Below, one piece after another: positions 16,781 to 26,666 of a stretch of 40,897 nt of DNA (the first letter of the stretch is position 1; each line of letters opens with the position of its first letter). Made by a program: the position numbers and the translations under genes. This stretch comes from a virus (Duplodnaviria > Caudoviricetes), in IMG/VR virus record IMGVR_UViG_3300005573_000158, positions 1 to 40,897 of that record; one strand, given 5' to 3'. The notes beneath the pieces were generated by a model that was not told where the DNA came from, ran no database searches, and saw only the letters and a program-made list of their open reading frames with translations.

Positions 16781-16838
16781 TGTTCTTGAAGGTTTTTTTG
16801 AGGAAAAATGGAACTTTTTTCTAAGCATCGTTTTCTAA

Positions 16839-17477
16839 ATGGCTAAAAGGTTTGAGATTATGCCAAAGAAGGGACAAGTACTAGACACAGAGACATTAGA
16901 AGAAAAGGAAGAAAAGGGCGATACTGCCCTTCAAGGTGTGGCCGCATTAGAGGCACTCCCACCGAGTCAACAGCTCAGAATTGCACGCATGTATATGGCG
17001 CGCACGCCATACAAAGAGATGGCGAAACAGCTAGGGGAGCACGGCATTAGAACCAATGATGCGGCCCTACATAGATTTTGTATGCGGTATCTGCAGTCGT
17101 ATGGCAGCGATAACCGCATACTTATGAAAGAGCGACTCGAACGGCTTCAAGAGGAAGCGGCGATACAAATTCTCGATCTCGCTATCAAAGCGCTTTCCCA
17201 GGCTCCCGATCTGCAAGTTAAGTCCATGAAGGATTTTTGGACTATAGCTGGAACGGTAGGGAGGATAATGCAAGGCCTGTCTCAATTTCAGCGTTCGAGT
17301 AGCGATCTTTCTCGCGCCGTGCAGATGTATCGCGACCATTATAAAAACGCGGTAAAACAGGAGTTGGCTGATAACCCAGAGTTGGTCACACAGCTTCATA
17401 TTGTTTTAGACAAGGCCGCTGAAAAAATACTTAGGTCGCAAGAAGCTGATAACGCAGTACTTGAGATTGAATTGTGA
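16839..17477 (+). CDS. Terminase small subunit (DUF3486/Mu gp27-like)
   Basis: LEALPP...PYKEMAKQL...G....AALHRF pattern; directly upstream of TerL. Confidence 0.7.
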   Translation: MAKRFEIMPKKGQVLDTETLEEKEEKGDTALQGVAALEALPPSQQLRIARMYMARTPYKEMAKQLGEHGIRTNDAALHRFCMRYLQSYGSDNRILMKERLERLQEEAAIQILDLAIKALSQAPDLQVKSMKDFWTIAGTVGRIMQGLSQFQRSSSDLSRAVQMYRDHYKNAVKQELADNPELVTQLHIVLDKAAEKILRSQEADNAVLEIEL

Positions 17478-19156
17478 AATTTGTAACTAAGAATCTCCTC
17501 CCCAATGAGAAGTTCCTCCCCACCTCTTCCAGACTTACTCTTGAAGCTTGGATAAAGCGCGCCAATATAACTCTGCGCAACAAGAGATATTCCCTCAGGC
17601 GACACGAGTATCTTGAGCAAGTACTTAGGGACGAGAGCCCTTTTATTGTTTTTCGCAAGGCAGCCCAAGTTGGAATTTCCACGCTGATGTTGATTAAGAG
17701 CATATGGGTGGCTGAGCATTTAGGCGGGAAGGTTGTGTACTACTTTCCCAATGACCAGTCTTGCCAAGATTTCTCTTCAGACAGGCTCGCTCCTATGATC
17801 GAGACATCATCATACCTTGTGTCGCGCGTAAGGGCCACAGATAGGGTAGGTTTGAAACAAATAGGCCCGGGCTCGATATATGTACGTGGGTTGCAGACTA
17901 AGGCCAAAGCAAAATCAATAGATTGCGACATGGTGGTGCTCGACGAGTTGGACGAAGCGCCGGAGGAACTTATAGAGTTCGCACTTGATAGACTTAGGCA
18001 TAGCGAACTTGGCTGGGCTGTTATGTTGTCTCAACCGTCCATGCCTGGATGGGGGATAGATAGGCGTTTCAACCTCAGCGATCAGAAGCATTGGCACATA
18101 ATTTGCGACTCGTGTGGCCATAGGAACTGTTTAGAGCTTGAATTCCCAGCGAATTTCATCCCAATTCCCCAAAACCAGAAAAGAAAACACCCGGAAGGCG
18201 CAACCCATTATCGTGGCTGTAGTAAGTGCCAAGCAAAATTGAATATGGCGCACGGGGAGTGGATTGCGCTAAAGCCTGGTCAGTTTATTAGTGGCTACCA
18301 TATTAGTCAACTCTATTCCCAGATTCAAGTCCCGGGTTTCCCAAATGTAGCAAGTCGTATTATGTATGAATACGAGAATAAAAAAGCGAGTAGCCTGGGA
18401 TTAGAGAATTTCAACATCAGTATGCTTGGGTTCCCGTATTCGAGCAATAGCGTCCGCATAACCGATGAGACGCTGGATGGAATTGAGGGCGACTACGGCG
18501 TGACGTTGACTGGGAACGGATGTTACATGGGGGTTGACCAGGGCGACGAGCTATGCGTGGTCGTAGGAATGATGTCTGGGAACGTATTCAAGGTCATTTA
18601 TCTGGAGCGCACCGAGAAATGGGGACGTCTTGAAACACTGATGGATCAATTTGGCGTGGCATATTGTCTCATTGACGCAATGCCCAACAAGCATTCAGCC
18701 AAGCAATTCGCCGCGAAATTCCCTAATCGGGTGTCGATTCAATATTTTCAGAACACATCATTCAGGCGAGGCGAGGAGACATTAGAAGGGCGGGTTACCA
18801 TCCCAACAGTGTGCATTGATCGGACGGAATCACTCGATCAGATGATAGATGAAATGGAGATGTTGAGGATTATTGTTCCAAGCCGTCATTTTTCCGATGA
18901 GCGTTGGATGAGAGAGCTTGAAGTCTTTAGACGGCATCTAAAACAACTCGTGACCACGATAGAATACAACAGCAAGGGGGCCCCAGTCAGGTCATATCTT
19001 TCTGGCAAGATTGAGAACCATTATGGTATGGCCCTTAATTCCGCATACCTCGCCGCCAAGGTTGGAGTCTTCCAATCTCCGATTATGGTCAAACCGATTT
19101 TTGTGAGCGCCAAGCATGGAGAAAAATCGCATGGGCTGGCTCGAAAGACTATTTAA
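17474..19156 (+). CDS. Terminase large subunit, lambda GpA family
   Basis: KAAQVGIS, VLDELD, CDSC...CSKC and nuclease motif MGVDQG. Confidence 0.93.
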   Translation: MKFVTKNLLPNEKFLPTSSRLTLEAWIKRANITLRNKRYSLRRHEYLEQVLRDESPFIVFRKAAQVGISTLMLIKSIWVAEHLGGKVVYYFPNDQSCQDFSSDRLAPMIETSSYLVSRVRATDRVGLKQIGPGSIYVRGLQTKAKAKSIDCDMVVLDELDEAPEELIEFALDRLRHSELGWAVMLSQPSMPGWGIDRRFNLSDQKHWHIICDSCGHRNCLELEFPANFIPIPQNQKRKHPEGATHYRGCSKCQAKLNMAHGEWIALKPGQFISGYHISQLYSQIQVPGFPNVASRIMYEYENKKASSLGLENFNISMLGFPYSSNSVRITDETLDGIEGDYGVTLTGNGCYMGVDQGDELCVVVGMMSGNVFKVIYLERTEKWGRLETLMDQFGVAYCLIDAMPNKHSAKQFAAKFPNRVSIQYFQNTSFRRGEETLEGRVTIPTVCIDRTESLDQMIDEMEMLRIIVPSRHFSDERWMRELEVFRRHLKQLVTTIEYNSKGAPVRSYLSGKIENHYGMALNSAYLAAKVGVFQSPIMVKPIFVSAKHGEKSHGLARKTI

Positions 19157-21290
19157 TAAATCAAAACCCGCTAACTATCCAAGGGTGACTGCGCGAGTAT
19201 CGCGGGATAATGAGTGGCTCTCAGATTACACCAGTCGCTTTATAGCAGGACTTTCATGGATACAGGGCAAGGTGCCTGGAGTGCTGTATGATGTCATTGA
19301 TAATTTGACATATACCGATCCATACATGTCTCGTTTCCACCAAACCATGATTAGCCTTGGCAACGTTGGCCACGAACTTATAATACAAGCACCCAACCAG
19401 GCCAGAATGCTCCAGGCCCTTGAAGTAGCAAATGAGCTTGCCGCAAAGTGTTTCCCATTATCATACGGCATGGATGGATTGGTGAATGCGTTATTTTCGC
19501 AAGCGGCGAGGCATGGAGGGCTGTGTTGTGAATGGGTGCCAGATAAAGCACTCACCGCGATACAACGCGTTTTTGTTGTCCCCATAAGATCATTGCGTTG
19601 GCAATATGACAATAATGGAAACTTGGAGCTGTACCAAGACCAGAACGGCGAATTGGTCAAGCTAAACCCAATCCAGACGACGTATTGCAACCTTATCATG
19701 CGCGACACTGATCCATATCCTGTTCCACCGGCTATTGCGGCCATATCGTCGTGCATGACGCATAAAGAGGTGGTTGAAAAAATTAAGGTATGGATGGATA
19801 AGGTATCGGCTTTTGGTGTGCTCCTGGCAAGCGTTGATCCTCCTCCAAGAGAGGTGGGGGAATCGCAAGCGCAATACGACGCCAAGGCTGAGAAATACTT
19901 ACAGGAGATAGCGGACTCTATACGTGATAACATGTCCGCTGGGATTGGGGTGGGCTACAAGAATATTGATTTTAGCTTTCAGAATACGCAGGCATCAGCG
20001 CAGGGGGCGCGCGACATACTCGAATTGGTGCTGAAAGGGCTTTTTGCTGCGCTTCATACTGACCCGATTTTTTTCGGATGGTCTGCGCACGCCTCTCAGA
20101 ACGTTGGCCCCATCTATGATGAAATGAAAGCGCGGATCAAGGTGTTTCGAAGTGGGGTTAAGCGCTGTATCGAACAAGGGCATCGACTGAATCTGGCGCT
20201 CAGAGGGTTTGGGGATGTTGGGCTCACCGTGGATTTCGGTGGGGAGATGGCAGATGATATATTTAAGGTACGAGAAGCCAAGCTTATGGAATCCCAAGCC
20301 GTTGTACAACTCGTCCAATCTGGGATAATTACAGTCGATGAGGCAAGAAAGCAATTAGGATATGGAGACCCAACCCCTCCTGCCCAGAACATCATCGTAT
20401 CTTTTTCAAAAGAATTGGGTAGATATGTCAAAAAAAGTGAAACTTTTACGTTAATAACTAACTCTTATTCCATTAACAAGACCCCTTCAATCGCCTCGCT
20501 CAAGCAGGCGTTTCGTTCGGCGATGCTTGGCGGCTATATATGGCTCCAGAGCTGGGTAGCGACAGTTGTTGCAGATCATCTTCCGGGGCGTGAAGAATTT
20601 ATCTCCGAAGCGCTATCCAGGATAATTGACCGAGTCGAAAGCGACGAAGAATTGGGGCTGGCCATTCAATCTCTCATAATTGATATTCAAGAAGTGGCGA
20701 AAGAAAGCAAAAATTTAGCCGCCAAGCGATCCGCCATTTGGGACGATTGGGATATGGCCGCTATTTCCGCGCTTGCAGGTATTTTAGAGGCTGATGCCGT
20801 ATCCAGGTTTATATCCGGTACACCTGCTAGGCTAAAAACATTATCGGATTATATGGGGGAATTGTACGACACTCTTGGCTCGACTGGCGAGTTTTCGATA
20901 GCTTTGAAAAAGCGTTTTGAGGACATAGTGACATCCATGAGTAATGTCGCTGCTGATCTTATAGCCAATCACGCTCTTGAATCAGCGAAGAATATAGGGT
21001 TGCTATCAGGATTCGCTGATAGAGGGGTTGAATACGTAAGAATAGATGGCCCTAGGGACAACAGAAAATGTAAATTTTGTTACGGAATGCTCGACAGGGT
21101 ATTTAATGTTGGCGAACTGAAGAGCAAATATCTTTCTCTACTAGAGAATGCAAAAGACAAGACAGCGTTGCCTATGGCAACAGATGTGATTGACGACGCA
21201 TTCTCTGTTTCTGATAGTAAACTGCTTGACCTAGGGGTAGCTCTCCCACCGTATCATCCCAGGTGTCGAGACTACATAGTGGAGGCGTAA
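19116..21290 (+). CDS. Portal protein fused to a MuF-like minor head domain
   Basis: Position after TerL; GIITVDEARKQLGY portal end; C-terminal CKFC...PPYHPRCR MuF signature. Confidence 0.85.
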   Translation: MEKNRMGWLERLFNKSKPANYPRVTARVSRDNEWLSDYTSRFIAGLSWIQGKVPGVLYDVIDNLTYTDPYMSRFHQTMISLGNVGHELIIQAPNQARMLQALEVANELAAKCFPLSYGMDGLVNALFSQAARHGGLCCEWVPDKALTAIQRVFVVPIRSLRWQYDNNGNLELYQDQNGELVKLNPIQTTYCNLIMRDTDPYPVPPAIAAISSCMTHKEVVEKIKVWMDKVSAFGVLLASVDPPPREVGESQAQYDAKAEKYLQEIADSIRDNMSAGIGVGYKNIDFSFQNTQASAQGARDILELVLKGLFAALHTDPIFFGWSAHASQNVGPIYDEMKARIKVFRSGVKRCIEQGHRLNLALRGFGDVGLTVDFGGEMADDIFKVREAKLMESQAVVQLVQSGIITVDEARKQLGYGDPTPPAQNIIVSFSKELGRYVKKSETFTLITNSYSINKTPSIASLKQAFRSAMLGGYIWLQSWVATVVADHLPGREEFISEALSRIIDRVESDEELGLAIQSLIIDIQEVAKESKNLAAKRSAIWDDWDMAAISALAGILEADAVSRFISGTPARLKTLSDYMGELYDTLGSTGEFSIALKKRFEDIVTSMSNVAADLIANHALESAKNIGLLSGFADRGVEYVRIDGPRDNRKCKFCYGMLDRVFNVGELKSKYLSLLENAKDKTALPMATDVIDDAFSVSDSKLLDLGVALPPYHPRCRDYIVEA

Positions 21291-22723
21291 TGGAATTACA
21301 GTGTGTTGATCGTGGGACAATAAGAGGAAAAAGAATCTATCGGGTTGATTGCATTATCGATTCACATTTACGGGAACCTCTTCCGTCCAAGACAGACAAA
21401 ATCGAGCCCGAAGAAGAGGAGAAAGCAGAGGATATAGACGCCTCAGCTTCGAATATTAGCGATGGCGATCCCTCGATTGTGACTGCGAGGTGGCGACTAA
21501 TCTCGTGCGTAATGGCCTGGCCACAAACCGGCTTTCCCCTCCCCCAGTTGATTGATTACGGGCACGATAATGGGGCCGTATTAAAGCAGGCGGTGCAATA
21601 CATCAATAAGCACAATCCTGATCTCCTTTGGAACCACTCGCTCGATAGTAAGGATATCGCAGGCTATGTTCGGAATGCTGAATGGGAGGATTCTGAAGAT
21701 ATCCCTGCCGGTGTGAATGCAGAATTAGTGGTTGATGAGCGGTATGATCCAAAGGCAGCGACGGGGCTCCGCTTAGGGATATTACGGAGCGGGTCGATTG
21801 GCGTGTCGATGGACATAACACCTTCGCATCCAGACCTAGACTTTGACGAATTTCTGGCTCGGCAGGGGGAGACGATAAATGGAGAAATAGTAAGGTGGTT
21901 GCCAAAGAAGATGTTTGCGGTTCGCCATATGGCGCTTGTCCCCGCCGGCACTGGAGCTGATAAGCACGCTGGGATGCGTAATTCCCATACCATACCAGAG
22001 AACAATGACAAAAAGATGGAGGAACTAAAAATGAATCATGGCGAGGTACTGCAAAAAATCCTCGATTCGCTCAAGATTGACCCCAAGGTAGCAAATGAAG
22101 GGGATGGCGAAGAGATACTTACGGCCGTTCAAGAGAAGCTTCAGTCTCTCAATGCTACTCAGGGGAAGCAGCCTGATAGGATCATTGAGGCGAAGCGAAT
22201 GAATCACGGCGAGGTGCTACAACGCGTTGTTGATGCGCTCAATATCGACTACACGATCGCGGATGCAGATGTCGGCGAGAGTGTGATAGCGGCCATCGAC
22301 AAGAAGCTAAGTGCGCTCTTTGCGATTCGCGAAAAGCATCAAATATGGAACGAGGCCTTGTATGCCCTCGGTAAGAAGTTGTTCAGTAATGATTTCAGCA
22401 TCGATGATGTGTTGAATTCTTTTGACTTGCTTTATGAACTGGCCGAACAGGGCAAGCAATTGATAGATGTGAAACGCAAGGAAGCATTGGAATGGTTTGA
22501 CAAAGCTCATGTTGATGTGCTGGATTCTGAGCCAATCAAGCGACTTAGGTCTAGGATTGAACAGATCGATGATGTAGGCCACTTAGATGACATGATTGCC
22601 GAGTACAAGACCATTGCGGCTGGCAAATTCGAGCTAAATAGAACAAGCGCTGATACGAAGACTGAAGAGCCAGAGGTAACGGACTCTGATATTCAAGAGT
22701 CAGCGAATAGATTGTTCAATTAA
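21290..22723 (+). CDS. Prohead protease plus scaffold
   Basis: LLWNH and SGSIG HK97-type protease motifs followed by a helical acidic C-terminal half; start at ATG 21290 with GGAGG upstream. Confidence 0.78.
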   Translation: MELQCVDRGTIRGKRIYRVDCIIDSHLREPLPSKTDKIEPEEEEKAEDIDASASNISDGDPSIVTARWRLISCVMAWPQTGFPLPQLIDYGHDNGAVLKQAVQYINKHNPDLLWNHSLDSKDIAGYVRNAEWEDSEDIPAGVNAELVVDERYDPKAATGLRLGILRSGSIGVSMDITPSHPDLDFDEFLARQGETINGEIVRWLPKKMFAVRHMALVPAGTGADKHAGMRNSHTIPENNDKKMEELKMNHGEVLQKILDSLKIDPKVANEGDGEEILTAVQEKLQSLNATQGKQPDRIIEAKRMNHGEVLQRVVDALNIDYTIADADVGESVIAAIDKKLSALFAIREKHQIWNEALYALGKKLFSNDFSIDDVLNSFDLLYELAEQGKQLIDVKRKEALEWFDKAHVDVLDSEPIKRLRSRIEQIDDVGHLDDMIAEYKTIAAGKFELNRTSADTKTEEPEVTDSDIQESANRLFN

Positions 22724-22735
22724 TAGGGAGGAGAT

Positions 22736-23107
22736 ATGAAACAGGAAAGTCTGGATACTCTTGCAGTTAGCTTCTCTTGCCCCACTGACATTGAGGTTGG
22801 GGATATGGTTGCCATCACTGGCAACAAAACGGTGGGTAAGCCAACGAGCGCAGGAACTCTGAATTATGTAGGCGTTGTTCAAGCGCATCAGGACGGCGCA
22901 AGTGTTTGCACGGTGCAGACCAGGTTCCTTCGCCGGAATGATACAAGGATTTCCGGTGGCGCTGTCCCAGTTGGCCCTGTTGTGCTCGGCACAGACGGAA
23001 AATTGATTGCGTTTGATGCACAGACCCACTCACCGGCTGCAATAGTGGGCATGGCTATAACCGCAGCGACTGCAGCCGATCAGAAAATTGAGACATTGGA
23101 ATACTAG
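22736..23107 (+). CDS. Head decoration/cement protein
   Basis: Small Gly/Ala/Val-rich beta protein between scaffold and capsid. Confidence 0.7.
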   Translation: MKQESLDTLAVSFSCPTDIEVGDMVAITGNKTVGKPTSAGTLNYVGVVQAHQDGASVCTVQTRFLRRNDTRISGGAVPVGPVVLGTDGKLIAFDAQTHSPAAIVGMAITAATAADQKIETLEY

Positions 23108-23118
23108 GAGGACTGGAT

Positions 23119-24243
23119 ATGGCTGGAACGCTTGGCCTAAAAAATAGTTTGAGGGAAAGAGTAATTGTCCCATTGAATCATTACAGGGACAGCGACAAGG
23201 GCGGTAAGGACATATCGTTTATCAACTTCGCACAAACGAGGGCCATTAACGAAGACGGGCGACCTGTGGGGTTGAAAAACCAGAAGGGCGAGCCAATCAC
23301 ATGGAACGATATTTGGCAAGATATTGGGCTAGACCCATCTCGCGTTACGTTGGACAACCTTTTGACCGCATCCGGGGATGTGAAATACCTTGCGCCGGAG
23401 ATTATTCGTGACTTTATCGTCAAGGGGTTCGAGGCCGACGCCACACATACCGATATTATAGCTGGCACCGAGGCGGTCGATTCAATGGTGGTGACAACGC
23501 CGTGGCTTGAGGTCACAGATGCCAATCCTGAAGCCATCGAGGAAGCTGAAACGATTCCGCAGGCGAGCATAAAATGGGGACATAAAACCATAGAACTGCA
23601 TAAGCGCGGAAAGGCGATTTCGTTCTCAGACGAACTACTATTGAGGGTGAGGCTCCCCATCTTGCAGTATTACATGCGACGTTTCGGCGTGATGCTCGGT
23701 AAGGAGCTGTTCACTGAAGCGGTTACTACCTTGGTGAACGGCGATCAGGCAGACGGTTCCGATGCATGTGCAGTCATCGGAGTCAACTCCACCAGCGATG
23801 GTCTTACGTTCAAAGACTTCCTTCGGGCATGGATACGATCCCACAGGATCGCTGTCAACTGGACTACGATGCTGACGAGCGAGAATGCAGGATGGGAAGT
23901 TCTTCAGCTCGATGAGTTTTCTAAGCCCCAGGGCCTCGGCGGCGTGGTAACGACTGTGCAGTCGCGGAATAGGGTTATCCCCGCCACTATGGGACATTTT
24001 ATCACTCACGTATTGTCCGACAACCAGGTGATGTTGCTTGACCAATCTCTTGGCGTGGTATTTCTGGTATTCCGGCCACTCCTTGTCGAATCCGATAGAA
24101 TTGTTATGAGGCAGATTCAGGGCACTTATTGCTCGATTATTTGTGGATTCTCCACTATTGAACCGTGGGGTAGGATCATTATCGATAAGACCAAGGCGTT
24201 TAGCTCGAACGGATTCCCAAGCTATATGGAACCTGTATTGTAA
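23119..24243 (+). CDS. Major capsid protein
   Basis: 374 aa, AGGAGG RBS, position; PEII, E.E.IP and K.G..I..SDE patterns typical of the HK97 fold. Confidence 0.88.
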   Translation: MAGTLGLKNSLRERVIVPLNHYRDSDKGGKDISFINFAQTRAINEDGRPVGLKNQKGEPITWNDIWQDIGLDPSRVTLDNLLTASGDVKYLAPEIIRDFIVKGFEADATHTDIIAGTEAVDSMVVTTPWLEVTDANPEAIEEAETIPQASIKWGHKTIELHKRGKAISFSDELLLRVRLPILQYYMRRFGVMLGKELFTEAVTTLVNGDQADGSDACAVIGVNSTSDGLTFKDFLRAWIRSHRIAVNWTTMLTSENAGWEVLQLDEFSKPQGLGGVVTTVQSRNRVIPATMGHFITHVLSDNQVMLLDQSLGVVFLVFRPLLVESDRIVMRQIQGTYCSIICGFSTIEPWGRIIIDKTKAFSSNGFPSYMEPVL

Positions 24244-24253
24244 TGGAGGATAG

Positions 24254-24517
24254 ATGCCAACCCTACGATTGGTAAAATCGGATGCGTTCGTTGACCCAGA
24301 GACGAAGCTATTCCTTACCCGTGGAGAGGAGGTGAGCGTTTCCGGAAATCTGGGGATGCTCACCCGCAGGGCCATACGGGCCGGGAATATTGAGATAGTC
24401 TCGGAGAAAAAGGTCGAGACCGTCGAAGACGATATACAGGACGACGCACTCCCAACCGAAGATACTGATAGTCAAGAGAGTCAACCCAAAAATCGTCCGA
24501 AGAAAGCTCGTAAGTAA
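24254..24517 (+). CDS. Small head-associated hypothetical protein
   Basis: GGAGG upstream; acidic then basic tail; directly after the capsid gene. Confidence 0.65.
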   Translation: MPTLRLVKSDAFVDPETKLFLTRGEEVSVSGNLGMLTRRAIRAGNIEIVSEKKVETVEDDIQDDALPTEDTDSQESQPKNRPKKARK

Positions 24518-24903
24518 TGGTTGACATTCAACGGCTTGTTGAGATTGATCTAGCTCCTGTATTCGAACTTGATCCTGATCTCCCCGATGAAATCGCTGAT
24601 CGTATCGATGCAGAGATTGCTCTGCATGGGTACGATCCCGTAGATATCACGGAGCAGCAGGCTGTTCTTGTGGCGCTACTAACCACAAAGGCTTTTATCC
24701 CCCGCCTACTGCTCAAATTTGCGCAGGAGTTGAGGCGTGCTAAAGGGGGCGCGGCCGAGGCCGAGTTTCAGGATGCGATTAAATATCTCCAGGCGCTAAG
24801 AGACGAGTTGCAAGGGAGATATCAGGAAGCGTTGAGCGACCTCGGCGAAGACCTCCCCCCAGGAACGCCTCCTTGGCCTGGGGTAGGGGTACAACCTTGG
24901 TAG
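24517..24903 (+). CDS. Putative head-tail adaptor
   Basis: Helical 128-aa protein; assigned by synteny only. Confidence 0.55.
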   Translation: MVDIQRLVEIDLAPVFELDPDLPDEIADRIDAEIALHGYDPVDITEQQAVLVALLTTKAFIPRLLLKFAQELRRAKGGAAEAEFQDAIKYLQALRDELQGRYQEALSDLGEDLPPGTPPWPGVGVQPW

Positions 24904-24904
24904 A

Positions 24905-25312
24905 ATGAATATACAACGTGTCGAAAGCGCGTTTCAGCGCATTTTTGATGAGTTGGCGGGAGATGTTGTGACTATTGTCACAAAAGACGGGACTGAGCAC
25001 AACATTACCGCTATTGTTTATAACGCCTCGAACGCGTATTCTGACGGTATAGACATAGAGCCGTATGGCCCAGAAGATCGTAATACTCTGGATGTCACCT
25101 TTCACAAATCTGAGCTTGATAAGAATTCTATAACCATCGATAAATATTGTCGCTTTATCTATAAGGGCAAATTGTATTTCTTGGCTGACGGGTACCCGAT
25201 AAGAGACACGCAGGTTCCAATTCAAGCCCTACATTCTGTCGTCACCGTTCGCATCAGGCTAGCTGATGAACGCAATGAGACCGATTCTAGGAAAGAGTGG
25301 GGATGGCAATAA
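24905..25312 (+). CDS. Putative head closure protein
   Basis: Beta-rich 135-aa protein; assigned by synteny only. Confidence 0.5.
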   Translation: MNIQRVESAFQRIFDELAGDVVTIVTKDGTEHNITAIVYNASNAYSDGIDIEPYGPEDRNTLDVTFHKSELDKNSITIDKYCRFIYKGKLYFLADGYPIRDTQVPIQALHSVVTVRIRLADERNETDSRKEWGWQ

Positions 25313-25887
25313 GGTTTATACTGATAAAGGCCTCCGCCAACAGCCCTGAGAATAGGAGAACGATACAGGCGATACGTACCATAGGGACGCTTGTTCCGCA
25401 CGCCACAGTCGCATTGGTAAAGAAATATGCAGGGGTGATAGAATACGAGACTCAACGGACAATTTGGCAACAAATACCACCATGGGAACCGTTGTCGTTC
25501 GATTACCTTCGTAGAAAACACAGAGAAGGATTCGATACCAGAATTCTATTACGTTCTCATTTGCTGGTTCGAGCGATAGCTGCCATGGGGTTGCAACAGT
25601 CGAGAGAAGGCATTGCAATGGTGGTGTCAGTCCACCGCATACGCTACCCAAATTGGGGGAAACTTGGTCATTTTATACGAAAATATGGCTTTCCCAAAAC
25701 CTTGAAAGAGGCTCGGCGATTGTCGCGCAGAACGAAATTTCATGAACGAGACACTGAACAGGTTATGCAGATTCATGAGGAGGCCACTGCAAGGAAACGT
25801 CCGGTGTTCGAGCCTACATATGCCAGGATCGCCAAACAAATAGCTGTTGATTTCGAACAGGAACTGATTTCCCAATTAGGCCTATGA
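25297..25887 (+). CDS. Putative neck/tail completion protein
   Basis: Basic; WEPLS..Y and IHE....RPVF.P resemble the virion morphogenesis family. Confidence 0.6.
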   Translation: MGMAIRFILIKASANSPENRRTIQAIRTIGTLVPHATVALVKKYAGVIEYETQRTIWQQIPPWEPLSFDYLRRKHREGFDTRILLRSHLLVRAIAAMGLQQSREGIAMVVSVHRIRYPNWGKLGHFIRKYGFPKTLKEARRLSRRTKFHERDTEQVMQIHEEATARKRPVFEPTYARIAKQIAVDFEQELISQLGL

Positions 25888-26492
25888 TAGATGCCGTCAC
25901 GAAAGCGATTATTGACCAACTTAAACGCGTGAAGAGAGCAGGGCAGCCCGTGCGCGTCGTTGAGTTCGCCCCAGGTGTTGATATTGATCAGTCGATATAT
26001 CCTGCATACTCAGTGTATTTGGATGAAGTGGTGGAGGATGTGACCAATTTTGGTTGCGAGGACTATATTTTTGAGCCCTCGGTAGAAACGGCCACTATTC
26101 CACATCCTGATCCAAAACAGAAGACGACGCTCACGGGCCCCAAATCATATACAGTGAGACCATACCCAACCCCCATGCGGCTAGTTTACATAATAGGAGC
26201 ACTCGCCACTAATACCTATGATTTTTACGGTCTAATAGAATGGCTATTTCAATGTTTTCACCGCGGTTGCAGTCTGAATGTTGAAGGGCAGAATGTTGTG
26301 CCAGTATTGAGCGATGAGCGGATTGATGACAATCAGGGGGTAGGGCTTCTTAGAAGATGGTACGTACTTAATGTTAGAGATGTTTTTCTTAAACGGCATG
26401 ATATTAAAGTTGTGTCGTCAATCAAGCAAATCTCACCCGAAATCAAGACAGGGAGGAAAATAAATGGCAAGTGGTATAGTCAAGATTATTAA
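25884..26492 (+). CDS. Putative tail terminator
   Basis: YPAYSV pattern; position before the sheath. Confidence 0.5.
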   Translation: MIDAVTKAIIDQLKRVKRAGQPVRVVEFAPGVDIDQSIYPAYSVYLDEVVEDVTNFGCEDYIFEPSVETATIPHPDPKQKTTLTGPKSYTVRPYPTPMRLVYIIGALATNTYDFYGLIEWLFQCFHRGCSLNVEGQNVVPVLSDERIDDNQGVGLLRRWYVLNVRDVFLKRHDIKVVSSIKQISPEIKTGRKINGKWYSQDY

Positions 26493-26664
26493 TCTCGAAC
26501 CTACGCCTAGGGATATTACCCTCCTGGATGGGCGAGACATACGATTACAACCCTTCTCATTTTCGGGGACTGAGCATATTTCTGACCCTATCCCCAAGAA
26601 ATTAATTCCTGATGGGTTGAAATCGTTAATTAATCGTCAGTTCATCAGGATTGAGGAGGTGTAG
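26464..26664 (+). CDS. Small pre-sheath hypothetical protein
   Basis: GGGAGG upstream; fills the gap before the sheath. Confidence 0.65.
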   Translation: MASGIVKIINLEPTPRDITLLDGRDIRLQPFSFSGTEHISDPIPKKLIPDGLKSLINRQFIRIEEV

Positions 26665-26666
26665 CT

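Noticed and set aside
16510-16838. tRNA fragment or dif site as the integration core
   Set aside because: No T-arm/CCA pattern and only a weak resemblance to dif.
19226-24375. Long antisense ORFs 19226-19933 and 23638-24375
   Set aside because: They lie opposite the portal and capsid genes and have no motifs; treated as shadow frames.
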